64,000 bases of DNA from an uncultured Gemmatimonadales bacterium (lineage in GTDB: Bacteria > Gemmatimonadota > Gemmatimonadetes > Gemmatimonadales > Gemmatimonadaceae), in NCBI GenBank assembly GCA_963850905.1, contig CAWKMU010000003.1:3072001-3136000 (forward strand), in the 5' to 3' direction. The notes below the pieces were generated by a model. It searched no databases. It had not been told where the DNA came from and was given only the letters and a program-made list of their open reading frames with translations. Shown piece after piece: positions 54,648 to 63,474 of this stretch. Position 1 is the first letter of the stretch. The number at the start of each line of letters is the position of its first letter. The position numbers were made by a program, and so were the translations under genes.

Positions 54648-55730
54648 GTGACACGTCATCGCGCGCGGGATGCTCGCGCAGGCGCGCACGACAAGGCGGA
54701 GTTGTTCCGCCTGACGCAGTTTGTGCGCTGCGCGGGCTGAGCTTCCAAAATGGGTCCGGGCGACCTAACGCAGGTACTCGCTCCGCTTCCGGCAACGACC
54801 GATCCACGGTTGCTCGTCGGCCGAGAGACCTTCGATGACGCGGGTGTGTTCCGCTTGGCCGACGATCTCGCGTTGGTCCAAACGGTGGACTTCTTTGCGC
54901 CGATCGTGGACGACCCATACAGCTTTGGCCGCGTGGCTGCCGCCAACGCTTTGTCGGACGTCTACGCGATGGGTGGCACGCCGCTCACGGCGCTCAACAT
55001 CGCGGCATTCCCGGCCGATCAGATGCCGCTGGCGATACTGACTGACGTGTTGCGCGGCGGACATGATGCCGTCCACGAAGCGGGCGCCATCGTAGTCGGT
55101 GGGCACACGGTCATCGATGTCGAATTGAAATTTGGACTGGCGGTCACGGGCCGGGTCGACCCGCGCGTTATGCTGACAAACGCTGGGGCTCGCCCGGGGG
55201 ATCGCCTCGTGCTCACCAAGCCAATCGGGACCGGCATCATCGCGACCGCGATCAAACGGGGCGTATTGGAACGCGCGACGGCGAACGCCGCAGAGCAGGA
55301 GATGATCGCGACCATGGTCCGCCTCAACAAGGATGCCGCGGCCGCTGCCATCGCTGTGGGCGTGCGCTGCGCGACGGACGTCACGGGATTCGGGCTTCTC
55401 GGGCACGCATCGCACATCGCCCGAGCCAGTCGCGTCTCGCTGCACATCCAGGCCGCGGCCGTTCCCCTGCTGGCCGCGGCGCGCACCTCCCTCGCGCTGG
55501 GTGCACGCACCGGCGGAGCCGAGCGAAACGTGGAGTACCTCGAGCCGTTGGTCGACTGGGGTAATGCGACCCCCGAGGATCGGGCGCTGTTGACCGACCC
55601 GCAGACGTCCGGCGGTTTGCTGGTCGCCGTGCCGCCCACGCGGGTGAGCGAGTATCTTTCCCGCGTGCGGGGCGCAGTCGAGATCGGTTCTGTCGAGATC
55701 CCGGGCCCGTACGCGATCGTGGTCGGATGA
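54648..55730 (+). CDS. selD: Selenide, water dikinase, selenocysteine-containing (TGA 54738-54740)
   Basis: RLTQFVRCAG-U-ASKMGP; DDAGV, QTVDFF, ANALSDVYAMGG, GGHT, LTKPIG, TDVTGFGLLGH, DPQTSGGLL; GTG start inferred. Confidence 0.95.
54751..54767 (+). promoter_or_regulatory. Candidate bacterial SECIS apical hairpin
   Basis: TGGGTC-cgggc-GACCTA beginning 11 nt after the in-frame TGA, G-rich loop. Confidence 0.6.
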
Positions 55731-55736
55731 CCTCAC

Positions 55737-55833
55737 GGGGGCGGAAGGGGCCTGGTGGTTCCGGCGATCTTCAAAATCGCACCGACCTGCCACCGGCGGG
55801 TTGGGTGGGTTCGATTCCCACACGCTCCCGCCA
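55737..55833 (+). tRNA. selC: tRNA-Sec (anticodon TCA)
   Basis: 6-bp D stem with 4-nt loop, GCGAT-CT-TCA-AA-ATCGC, 10-bp variable arm, GTGGG-TTCGATT-CCCAC, G discriminator + CCA; 97 nt. Confidence 0.95.
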
Positions 55834-55838
55834 CGACG

Positions 55839-55970
55839 CGTGCTTCGCACGGCGTAGAGAGGAGGAGAGAGGGCTAAGGAGAAAGGAGACGAACAGCTCC
55901 GGGGCGACCGGCGCTGGTGTGTCTCCCTTCTCCTTTCTGGGTCGCTCCTTTCTCGGGCGCGTAGCGGCCG
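55839..55970. repeat. 7-mer-arm palindromic cassette directly after tRNA-Sec
   Basis: CGTGC-TTC-GCACG hairpin, TAGAGAGG..AAGGAGAAAGGAGAC / GTCTCCCTTCTCCTTTCT..TTTCTCGGGCGCGTAGCG. Confidence 0.8.
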
Positions 55971-56611
55971 CCGGCATATTGTGGGTCGCATTTGCCTGCG
56001 TGCCGCGCTTCGCTGTGGCGCAACAACCCGACAGTGCACGCGCGGGCATCGGCCGGTCGCCGACCGCGCCACCGCCGCCAGTCCCGCCGCCGCCCACAAT
56101 CGCCGCGCAGCAGACGACGCTGCCGCGCACGTCCGGGCCGCCGATCTCCCCGAAGACGGCCTTCCTCTCCTCGCTGCTGCTTCCGGGATTGGGACAGGCG
56201 AGACTCGATCGCAGTTATGCCGGCGCGCTCTTCTTCGCGGTCGAGGCCGTGGCATTCCAAATGGCTCGCCAGGCCGAGATCGATCTCAAGTACGCGGAAG
56301 CCCACTCGCACGACAGCACATTGGTCGTGCAGAGCTACCAGACCGATTCACTCGGCCAGGCTGTTCACGACTCGACAGGTCGCCCCATCCCAGGCACCTA
56401 CGCGTACGCGCGCTACGACAGCGCCCGTGTCGCCGCCCGCAAGACACACCTGGAAGACTGGATCGCGGTGATCATCTTCAACCACCTCATATCAGCCACT
56501 GACGCGTTCGTCGCCGCGCAGCTGTGGGATCTCCACGCGCATGTCCACCCCATGACCGGGATGTCGAGCGACGGGAAGCGTCAAATGTACGGTCTCTCCG
56601 TCAGCTGGTAG
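55919..56611 (+). CDS. Hypothetical exported/membrane protein; start uncertain
   Basis: Signal peptide ending AVA-QQ, Pro-rich stretch, SLLLPGLGQ and DAFVAAQL motifs (DUF5683-like, tentative). Confidence 0.7.
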   Translation: MSPFSFLGRSFLGRVAAAGILWVAFACVPRFAVAQQPDSARAGIGRSPTAPPPPVPPPPTIAAQQTTLPRTSGPPISPKTAFLSSLLLPGLGQARLDRSYAGALFFAVEAVAFQMARQAEIDLKYAEAHSHDSTLVVQSYQTDSLGQAVHDSTGRPIPGTYAYARYDSARVAARKTHLEDWIAVIIFNHLISATDAFVAAQLWDLHAHVHPMTGMSSDGKRQMYGLSVSW

Positions 56612-57410
56612 CCGCCGCACCGAGCGGTGCAGGCAGCTCTCGACGTTCGAGCGCACTGACGAGTTGGCCCTCCTGGGTGCCGTCCCAGCGACGCAACTCG
56701 ATCCGATCAGGGCTGATTCGGAGGTAGGTCGGCGCGGCGAGCCACGAGCCGGCGTTCGCGTAGATGCCACCGCTCGGCACCCGCTCCAGGGTCTCCACAT
56801 GCGAATGGCCCAGGATGACCAGCTCAGGGGCGTCGGCACGCGCGAGATAATCCAAGGCTACCCGACGAAGACCCGCACCACCATCGCGCGCCCGCGTCGT
56901 TCGACTCGTGTGAGAGCTCCACATAGCGAGCCGCGTCGCGAGATCGGGCGGCAGCCAGCGGAATGCCCGGACCGCCGCTCGGTTGCGAAGGACGGCCCGC
57001 ATGGCCCGATATCGGCGATCCTCGCGAACCCGCAGTCCGTCGCCGTGCTCCACGCGCGCACGCCAACCAGCGATCGATCCAACCCAGGGACCCACATGGT
57101 AGACCGCCCCGACGTCACTCCCAATGACATCACCGCCCCAACAGTCATGATTGCCAGCGATCCAGAGGATCGGCACACCGGCATCGTGGAGATCGGCCAG
57201 CGCGGCCAATATGCGGAACGCGGGGCGGGGAATGACACTGCGCCACTCAAACCAGAACTCGAAAAGATCGCCGTTGATGAGGAGCGACAGCGCATGGCCG
57301 GACCGCGCTTCATCCACACGCGCTTCGAGCCACTCGAGCACGCCGCGGTCGATGTCGGATCCCACGCCGATATGCGTGTCGGCGATCACGTAGCACGGCG
57401 AGGTCAGCAC
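56601..57410 (-). CDS. lpxH: UDP-2,3-diacylglucosamine diphosphatase-like metallophosphoesterase
   Basis: ADTHIG, GDLFEFW, GNHD, HGD, GHSH, NAGSW. Confidence 0.8.
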   Translation of the reverse strand: MLTSPCYVIADTHIGVGSDIDRGVLEWLEARVDEARSGHALSLLINGDLFEFWFEWRSVIPRPAFRILAALADLHDAGVPILWIAGNHDCWGGDVIGSDVGAVYHVGPWVGSIAGWRARVEHGDGLRVREDRRYRAMRAVLRNRAAVRAFRWLPPDLATRLAMWSSHTSRTTRARDGGAGLRRVALDYLARADAPELVILGHSHVETLERVPSGGIYANAGSWLAAPTYLRISPDRIELRRWDGTQEGQLVSALERRELPAPLGAAATS

Positions 57411-57521
57411 GAGAGCATGTTAACGACCCACCGGATCAGAGGTCAGGGTGCGACAAACGGCTGGCTCAGGGGTCAGGGAGCAAATCGAAAGGCCGGTCAC
57501 CCTGCACCGCGACCAGCCTTG

Positions 57522-57556
57522 GACCGGTAGGGGCGACGCATTGCGTCGCCCGTCGT
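57522..57556 (+). repeat. GTAG-type REP-like palindrome, copy 2
   Basis: GACCG-GTAG-GGGCGACGCATTGCGTCGCCC-GTCGT. Confidence 0.8.
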
Positions 57557-57627
57557 TGTATTGGCAGTTCGTTGTTATCCCATGACCCCTAATCGCCGCC
57601 CGTTGCCGTTATTACCTTCCCTCCCGC

Positions 57628-58047
57628 ATGGCGACCCGATCCCGCCCCTTCGTGAGCGAACTCCGCGTGCGATATGCGGAAACCGACCAGATGGGGGTCG
57701 TGCATCACGCGAACTATCTCCTCTACTGCGAGGTTGGCCGGACGGACTTCCTGCGGTCGCTGGGGACATCATACGCGGAGTTGGAGAAGGCAGGCGTGCG
57801 GCTGCCCGTGGCGGAGCTCACCCTTCGGTATCATGCCTCGGCCCGGTACGACGACCACATTCGAGTCGAGACGACGCTGAGCGACGTCAAGTCTCGGACG
57901 GTAACCTTCGATTACGTGATTACAAATGCCGGATCGGCGACGCGCCTCGTGACCGCCAGCACTACCCTCGTGTCACTCGATGACCGCGGCCAGGTAACCG
58001 CGCTCCCGTCGCATCTGCGAACCCAACTGCTCGCCGCGCTCAGTTGA
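57628..58047 (+). CDS. Acyl-CoA thioesterase (YbgC/4HBT family)
   Basis: RVRYAETDQMGVVHHANY..EVGR. Confidence 0.92.
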   Translation: MATRSRPFVSELRVRYAETDQMGVVHHANYLLYCEVGRTDFLRSLGTSYAELEKAGVRLPVAELTLRYHASARYDDHIRVETTLSDVKSRTVTFDYVITNAGSATRLVTASTTLVSLDDRGQVTALPSHLRTQLLAALS

Positions 58048-58751
58048 CCATCGGCCACGCTCGGTTGCTCAAAACGTCTGTTTTCGCACTGCTGGCTGCC
58101 TTCGCGGTAACGGGCTGCCTGCCACCACGCGCCCTCCCCCTCCACGGGCTCGCGGCGTCCCCCCGGGAGCTGCCGACCGCTACGACGCTGCCTGCGGGGT
58201 ATCATCGGATACGGTTCCGGTGGCAGCTCAAGGCCACGCAGTTCTCTGCCAAAGGGGACGGAGCCGCCCGGACCGCCTTCCCTGACTCCGCGCGCTTCGA
58301 TTTCGTGGCCTCAGGACCCCTGGGAGGCAGCGGTGTCGCGTTGCTTTTTGACGACACACTCGTTGCTCCAGGGGGCAAGGGTGTACGTAAGTATCTTCCG
58401 CCTACACCCTTCCTCTGGGCGGCGCTGGGCCGGCTGGCGGTCCCACCGGCGCCCGATACCGTCGTACGGGTGGACGGCGACACGGTCCGCGCCGATATCG
58501 GTCGTCTTCTCCCCAGCGGGGAGTTGACAAGCGATGGCGCGGACAGTGCGACGATCTGGCGAGTGGCGTTTGCGGGGGGCGAGCTGGCGAGCCTGGCACG
58601 TCTCCGCGGTGGGCGGGTACGTGGAACGATGGTGCGTGATCAGGCACGAGGGCGGATCAAGTATGACGATGGGGTACAGCGGTCGTTGACGTTGACACAG
58701 GTGCGAAGTGAAGTCGTTCCGGCGTTCGATTCCAGTGTCTGGCATCCGTAG
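58044..58751 (+). CDS. Hypothetical lipoprotein
   Basis: VTGC lipobox; TTG start overlapping upstream stop. Confidence 0.75.
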   Translation: MTIGHARLLKTSVFALLAAFAVTGCLPPRALPLHGLAASPRELPTATTLPAGYHRIRFRWQLKATQFSAKGDGAARTAFPDSARFDFVASGPLGGSGVALLFDDTLVAPGGKGVRKYLPPTPFLWAALGRLAVPPAPDTVVRVDGDTVRADIGRLLPSGELTSDGADSATIWRVAFAGGELASLARLRGGRVRGTMVRDQARGRIKYDDGVQRSLTLTQVRSEVVPAFDSSVWHP

Positions 58752-59247
58752 CTGGCAGCGCGTAGCAGGCGCAGTCCTGGCGCTGGCGGCCTCAGGCTGC
58801 ATTTACAGCTTTCATGGCGGCGGTCTACCCGCCGATGTGAAGACGATGGCGATCTTGCCCTTCGACAATGAGACACCGATTCCAGGACTCGAGTCGCAGC
58901 TCCTGCAGGAGATGCGAAAGTCACTCGAGGCTCGGCTCGGCGTACGCGATGCATCCGAGTCGCGGGCGGACGCCGTTGTGAGCGGGACGATCACGCGCTA
59001 TGACGCCGACATACCCGTTGGGTATGGCTCGACGGCCAACGGGCAGGCGCCCACGAGCACCGTCCGGATGCTCGAGATGGCAGTCGATGTCCAGATCGTC
59101 AACCAGAAGACGGGCAAGACGCTCTTTGAGCGCAAGGGCCTGAGTGCCAACGGCAATTACACAGAGCGTGCCGAGGACGCCGGGCGCGTGCAAGCGATCC
59201 AGAAGCTCGTGAGTGATATGATCGAGGGAGCCCAGTCACAGTGGTAA
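58735..59247 (+). CDS. LptE-like lipoprotein
   Basis: ASGC-IYSF lipobox; PADVKTMAILPFDNET, ADAVVSGTITRY. Confidence 0.7.
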   Translation: MSGIRSWQRVAGAVLALAASGCIYSFHGGGLPADVKTMAILPFDNETPIPGLESQLLQEMRKSLEARLGVRDASESRADAVVSGTITRYDADIPVGYGSTANGQAPTSTVRMLEMAVDVQIVNQKTGKTLFERKGLSANGNYTERAEDAGRVQAIQKLVSDMIEGAQSQW

Positions 59248-59592
59248 GGCGACTGGGTGGGACGCGCTTGGGCTGTCTCTTCGCGATGGCGATCGTCGGA
59301 GCGGCCATCTGATTATGGCAGCGGCGTCGGACAGATGTACCTCCGCTATTACCAGTTCCAGGATGCGTTCAAGCAGGAGGCTCGGTTCGCCGCGCAGCAC
59401 AGCGATGGCGAGATCAAAGAGCACTTGCAGCAACTGGCAGATTCCCTGCAACTGCCGGACGACGCGCAAACGATCTATGTGAAGCGCAAGGATCACCACA
59501 TCCTGATCTGGAACGAGTACTACTCTCATGTAGAGTTGCCGTTTTTCTCGCGCGACTTCTACTTCAACCCCAAGGCCGAAGGCGACCTGTAA
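59241..59592 (+). CDS. Small single-TM hypothetical protein, apparent frameshift ~59311
   Basis: MVRRLGGTRLGCLFAMAIVGAAI joins YGSGVGQMYLRYYQFQD if one base is removed. Confidence 0.65.
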
Positions 59593-59675
59593 CACGCAGG
59601 GGCTGGCCCACCGGCCCTTTCGACGCAGGCATCGCCCCTACACGAAGCGTTCGGCGCGTGTAGCTTACGACACCG

Positions 59676-60170
59676 ATGTCATTGTGTTCCGTGTCGCGCC
59701 GACCCGCCGATTCGATCTTCACATGGGACGCGGCGCTTCGCTGGCGCTCGAGCCAGCGGGGCTCGGTGGTCTTCACGAATGGCGTATTCGACTTGCTGCA
59801 CCGCGGCCACATCGACTTGTTGAGCGCCGCCCGGGCGTGTGGCGATGCGCTCATCGTCGGGATCAACAGCGATGAGTCCGTGCGCCGGCTCAAGGGGGCG
59901 GGGCGACCGGTGCGCACGGCGGCAGATCGTGCCTATGTCGTTGCGGCGCTCGCGCCCGTCGACGCCGTTGTCATCTTCGACCATGATACGCCCCTCGAGT
60001 TGATCCGCGCGCTCGCGCCCGATGTGCTGGTCAAGGGCGGTGATTACACCGAGGCGACGATTGTCGGCGCGCCTGACGTGCGCGCGCGTGGGGGTGAGGT
60101 CGTTGTCGTCCCGCTCACGCCCGATCAATCAACGACTTCAATCATGGAGCAGGTACGTGGACGCCCATAA
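59676..60170 (+). CDS. rfaE2: Heptose 1-phosphate adenylyltransferase (stand-alone RfaE domain II)
   Basis: [37 protein letters not shown]. Confidence 0.92.
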   Translation: MSLCSVSRRPADSIFTWDAALRWRSSQRGSVVFTNGVFDLLHRGHIDLLSAARACGDALIVGINSDESVRRLKGAGRPVRTAADRAYVVAALAPVDAVVIFDHDTPLELIRALAPDVLVKGGDYTEATIVGAPDVRARGGEVVVVPLTPDQSTTSIMEQVRGRP

Positions 60171-60936
60171 ACCGACGGATGGGGACCGACGAGGCCGCGC
60201 CCCGAGCGAGCTTCGGCCCGTCATGCTGGATCGCGGCGCCGCACCGTACGCCGAGGGGTCGTGCCTGGTGTCGTTCGGGGACACACGAGTGTTGTGCGCC
60301 GCGAGTGTGGAAGAGGGCGTGCCGGCCTGGCGACGTGGGTCGGGTCTGGGGTGGCTGACGGCCGAATACGCGATGCTCCCCCGGGCCACGCTCGAGCGCA
60401 CTGCGCGCGAACGTGGGGCGAGTGGACTCGGTGGTCGGACCCAGGAAATCCAGCGGCTCATCGGTCGCAGTGTGCGCGCCATGCTCGACGGCTTCGAGTT
60501 CGGTGAGCACACGATCCGCATCGACTGCGATGTGTTGCAGGCCGACGGGGGAACGCGGACCGCGGCCATCACGGGAGCGTGCGTCGCCGTGACGGACGCC
60601 TTCGACTGGCTGGTCCGCGAAGGCCGGCTAGTGAGCTCGCCGATTCGTCGGCGTGTCGCGGCGGTGAGTGTGGGGGTGATCGATGGCGAGCCCCGCCTGG
60701 ACCTGGAATACACCGAGGACGTACGCGCGGCGGTCGACATGAATGTGGTGATGGCGTCGGGCGGGGCTCGATCGCTCTCGGAGGAACCCCGATTCGTCGA
60801 GATCCAGGGCACTGGTGAGCACGGTACCTTCGACCGAGGTGAGCTCGACGCATTGGTGTCGCTGGCGGTGCAGGGCATTCGGCAACTGGATGCGTTGCAG
60901 CAAGCGGCGCTAGCTTCTCACGCACCGGATCGATGA
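60157..60936 (+). CDS. rph: Ribonuclease PH
   Basis: [52 protein letters not shown]. Confidence 0.96.
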   Translation: MDAHKPTDGDRRGRAPSELRPVMLDRGAAPYAEGSCLVSFGDTRVLCAASVEEGVPAWRRGSGLGWLTAEYAMLPRATLERTARERGASGLGGRTQEIQRLIGRSVRAMLDGFEFGEHTIRIDCDVLQADGGTRTAAITGACVAVTDAFDWLVREGRLVSSPIRRRVAAVSVGVIDGEPRLDLEYTEDVRAAVDMNVVMASGGARSLSEEPRFVEIQGTGEHGTFDRGELDALVSLAVQGIRQLDALQQAALASHAPDR

Positions 60937-61580
60937 ACGCGATGGTCGGGCGGTCTCCATTGCTGCTCGCAACGCGGAGCGCCGGGAAGCTGGCCGAGCT
61001 CAAGGCGCTGTTCGAATCACGCGACGTTGCGGTGATGGATCTCGATGACCTCGGGCTGCCTCACGATGCCGACGAGGACGGCATCGAGCAATTCGACTCC
61101 TTCGAGGAGAACGCCCTCGCCAAGGCTCGCTATTTCTACGAGGCGAGCGGCGGCATCCCGACCGTCGCTGACGATTCCGGACTCGAGGTCCTCGGACTCG
61201 GGGGCGTCCCCGGAGTGCGCAGCAAACGCTGGGCGGAAGTGAGCGCGCCGGATCGTCGAACGACTCAGGAGATCGATGCGGCAAACAATACGATGCTGGT
61301 GCAAGCCGTCACGCCGCTGGCGGATCGGCGCGCCCGATACGTGTGCGCAGCGGCGTACGTCGGGATCGGAGGCCGGGAGCTCGTGGAACGCGGCGAGGTG
61401 GCCGGCACGATCGTCACGGAGCCACGCGGCAGCGGCGGATTCGGGTACGATGCCTACTTCGTGGCCGCGGAGCTCGGTCGGACATTCGGCGAGGCCTCGC
61501 GCGAAGAGAAGGGCCGCGTGAGCCATCGCGCGCGAGCGTTCAACGCGCTCTTGCGCACCCTCGAAACGCGATCCCCGTAG
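60933..61580 (+). CDS. rdgB: Non-canonical purine NTP pyrophosphatase (RdgB/HAM1)
   Basis: [31 protein letters not shown]. Confidence 0.92.
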   Translation: MNAMVGRSPLLLATRSAGKLAELKALFESRDVAVMDLDDLGLPHDADEDGIEQFDSFEENALAKARYFYEASGGIPTVADDSGLEVLGLGGVPGVRSKRWAEVSAPDRRTTQEIDAANNTMLVQAVTPLADRRARYVCAAAYVGIGGRELVERGEVAGTIVTEPRGSGGFGYDAYFVAAELGRTFGEASREEKGRVSHRARAFNALLRTLETRSP

Positions 61581-61583
61581 ACC

Positions 61584-61621
61584 GACCGGTAAGGGCGACG
61601 CATTGCGTCGCCCTTACGGTC
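61584..61621 (+). repeat. REP-like palindrome, copy 3, between convergent genes
   Basis: GACCG-GTAA-GGGCGACGCATTGCGTCGCCC-TTACGGTC. Confidence 0.8.
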
Positions 61622-62597
61622 AATGGCCCAACGGCTGGATCCCCGCCGGCGCACCGGATCCGACGGCAAACGCCGTATCCAACGCGTCGAAGTGCTTCGC
61701 CTGGAGAATGCGACGGCCATCGGCCGAGAGCAGAAACGCCACGAATTGGTCGCCAAGTGCTTTGTGTGGCGCAGCCGGCGAGACCGAGAGGGCAAACAGG
61801 ATAGGTGCTCCCCGGACGGTGACCGTATCGCCCGGATGCTTCCCCAGGACCCGCGCCGACGCCGTGGCATAGATCGCCGAATCGGCAGATGTGCCCAGAT
61901 CCACCTGGGGCGGCAGGCGCACGGTCTTGAGCCCCGCGTTGTCCGCCAGGTTCTGGTAGCTCCAGATGTAGTCCAGCTCTCCCGCCTGGAGCAGTCCAAC
62001 CTGGTCGGCTTCTCGTGGCCGCACGTTGCGTTGCGGCGCGGCGCGCAGCAGTCGCGCCGCCAGGCCCGGCTCCCGATAGTAGCGCTCAGCGAGTTGGAAG
62101 ACAAACAGCGTGCGGTAGCCCGAGGGATCGTCATTCGGGTCCGAGCGTCCGACCTGGACATCGGGCCGCTGGATGATGTGGCGCCAGTTGTCGGTCGTGA
62201 TCTCGCTCGCATGCTTCGACCGGTCGGTATAGGCGAGGACCATGCGGTTGCGGCCGAACACGGCGTACCACGTCGTCCACTGCGGCATAAGCAGCTTTGG
62301 AAACACCTCGGGATCGGCCAGCGCCAGCACGTCGGGGCGGCGTCCGAGCTCGGTGATCCGGCGCGCGACCTCCAGGCTCGAACCGGGCTCGAGATAGTAG
62401 CGCGAGCCTGTGCGGGCGGCGAAGCTGTCGAGCGCCGCGGTCATCGGTTGGGTAAGCGACGCCGCGTTCATGACCAGGAGCGTCGAGTCGCCGCCCTCCG
62501 ATGTGGAAGCCGATGACGGGTTGTTTCCCTTGTCGCGGGACCCGCCGCAGGCAGCCACTGCGAGCACGATCAAGAGGGTGGCGGCTCGAGATGTCAC
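61620..62597 (-). CDS. Tungstate/molybdate ABC substrate-binding lipoprotein (WtpA/ModA-like)
   Basis: VAAC lipobox; NAASL, GSSLEVARRI, DVLALAD, RSDPNDDPSGYR, GELDY.WSY. Confidence 0.8.
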   Translation of the reverse strand: MTSRAATLLIVLAVAACGGSRDKGNNPSSASTSEGGDSTLLVMNAASLTQPMTAALDSFAARTGSRYYLEPGSSLEVARRITELGRRPDVLALADPEVFPKLLMPQWTTWYAVFGRNRMVLAYTDRSKHASEITTDNWRHIIQRPDVQVGRSDPNDDPSGYRTLFVFQLAERYYREPGLAARLLRAAPQRNVRPREADQVGLLQAGELDYIWSYQNLADNAGLKTVRLPPQVDLGTSADSAIYATASARVLGKHPGDTVTVRGAPILFALSVSPAAPHKALGDQFVAFLLSADGRRILQAKHFDALDTAFAVGSGAPAGIQPLGH

Positions 62598-62611
62598 GGG
62601 AGCTAGCTCCT

Positions 62612-62759
62612 GAGTGAGTTGGACTGAAGCGACGACAGCCCCAAGCGTCAGGGAATGTAAGGTAACGTTGCCTCACATTCCCCACAGCCCGCCCCGGTGC
62701 CGACAATGGCTGCCGGGCCCCAGCCGAGCGCGATGTCGTTGATTCACTTCCACCCACCC
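62612..62759 (-). ncRNA. Candidate structured RNA leader upstream of the WtpA/ModA-like gene
   Basis: Long-range closing stem plus two internal hairpins folded by eye; family not recognised. Confidence 0.45.
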
Positions 62760-62849
62760 GATAGCTTGAGCGCGGCCATCGCGGCTGGCGCCGCGATAGA
62801 GAGGAGCGGCACAGTAAGGAGAAAGGAGAAAGGAGATAACGCAACTACA

Positions 62850-62923
62850 CGGGGCGTAGCGTAGCCTGGTATCGCGCCTGCTTTGGGAGCAGGAGGTCAC
62901 CGGTTCAAATCCGGTCGCCCCGA
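62850..62923 (+). tRNA. tRNA-Pro (anticodon TGG), CCA not encoded
   Basis: CGGGGCG/CGCCCCG acceptor, CCTGC-TT-TGG-GA-GCAGG, ACCGG-TTCAAAT-CCGGT. Confidence 0.96.
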
Positions 62924-62924
62924 T

Positions 62925-63056
62925 TGCGGCTTTCGCCGCAATAGAGAGTAGCGGAGCAGAAAGTAGAGAGTAGACCACGACGGACCGTGTTGCGCGGTTG
63001 TTGTTGTCTACTTTCTACTTTCTGTGGGTCTACTTTCTCGGGCCCGTCAGGGCCCG
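62925..63056. repeat. 7-mer-arm palindromic cassette, GAAAGTA/TACTTTC variant
   Basis: TGCGGC-TTTC-GCCGCA, TAGAGAGTAG..GAAAGTAGAGAGTAGAC / GTCTACTTTCTACTTTCT..TTTCTCGGGCCCGTCAGGGCCCG. Confidence 0.8.
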
Positions 63057-63057
63057 C

Positions 63058-63085
63058 GTCACCGGTTCAAATCCGGTCGCCCCGA
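63058..63085 (+). repeat. Exact 28-bp direct repeat of the tRNA-Pro 3' end (att-like)
   Basis: GTCACCGGTTCAAATCCGGTCGCCCCGA identical to 62896-62923. Confidence 0.92.
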
Positions 63086-63088
63086 CTG

Positions 63089-63225
63089 GCCGCTTCGCGG
63101 CGGCGTAGAAAGGAGTAAGGTGAAAGGAGAAAGGAGAGGAACCACTGCGGCAATTGATGCCGTGGCAGTTCGTCTCCTTTCTCCTTTCTGCTCCTCGCTC
63201 ATCACTGCGAGGAGCGCACTCTCGC
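63089..63225. repeat. 7-mer-arm palindromic cassette, GAAAGGA/TCCTTTC variant
   Basis: GCCGC-TTC-GCGGC, TAGAAAGGAG..GAAAGGAGAAAGGAGA / GTCTCCTTTCTCCTTTCT. Confidence 0.8.
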
Positions 63226-63474
63226 ACGCCACGGGCCGCACGCGCCGGAATAGTCGCGTCGTCGAGTGACAACTCTATCGCCCAATCGGAAATGCGCACG
63301 AGCGCGCTGATGAGATTGGATAGCGCTCCTGGATTGATCAGGCTCGTGTGATCTGCGCGAATCTTTTGACGCGTCAGGCGCACGGCGATTGCGCATGACG
63401 CTGCAAGGGCCAGCTTGACCACGCGCGTGGCTCTCTCGCAACGCGTGCAAGCTCAACCTTGCCAAGAGGTCCCG

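Noticed and set aside
55727..55918. N-terminal part of the 294-aa ORF
   Set aside because: Overlaps tRNA-Sec and the repeat cassette; real start must be downstream
59310..59312. TGA in the 59241 gene as a second selenocysteine
   Set aside because: Coding continues in a different frame, so it is an indel, not readthrough
62896..63225. CRISPR array
   Set aside because: Only two copies of a tRNA-derived repeat, ~135-bp spacing, no cas genes
63377..63393. Sigma54 promoter (GCGCACGGCGATTGC)
   Set aside because: Invariant GG at -24 is missing
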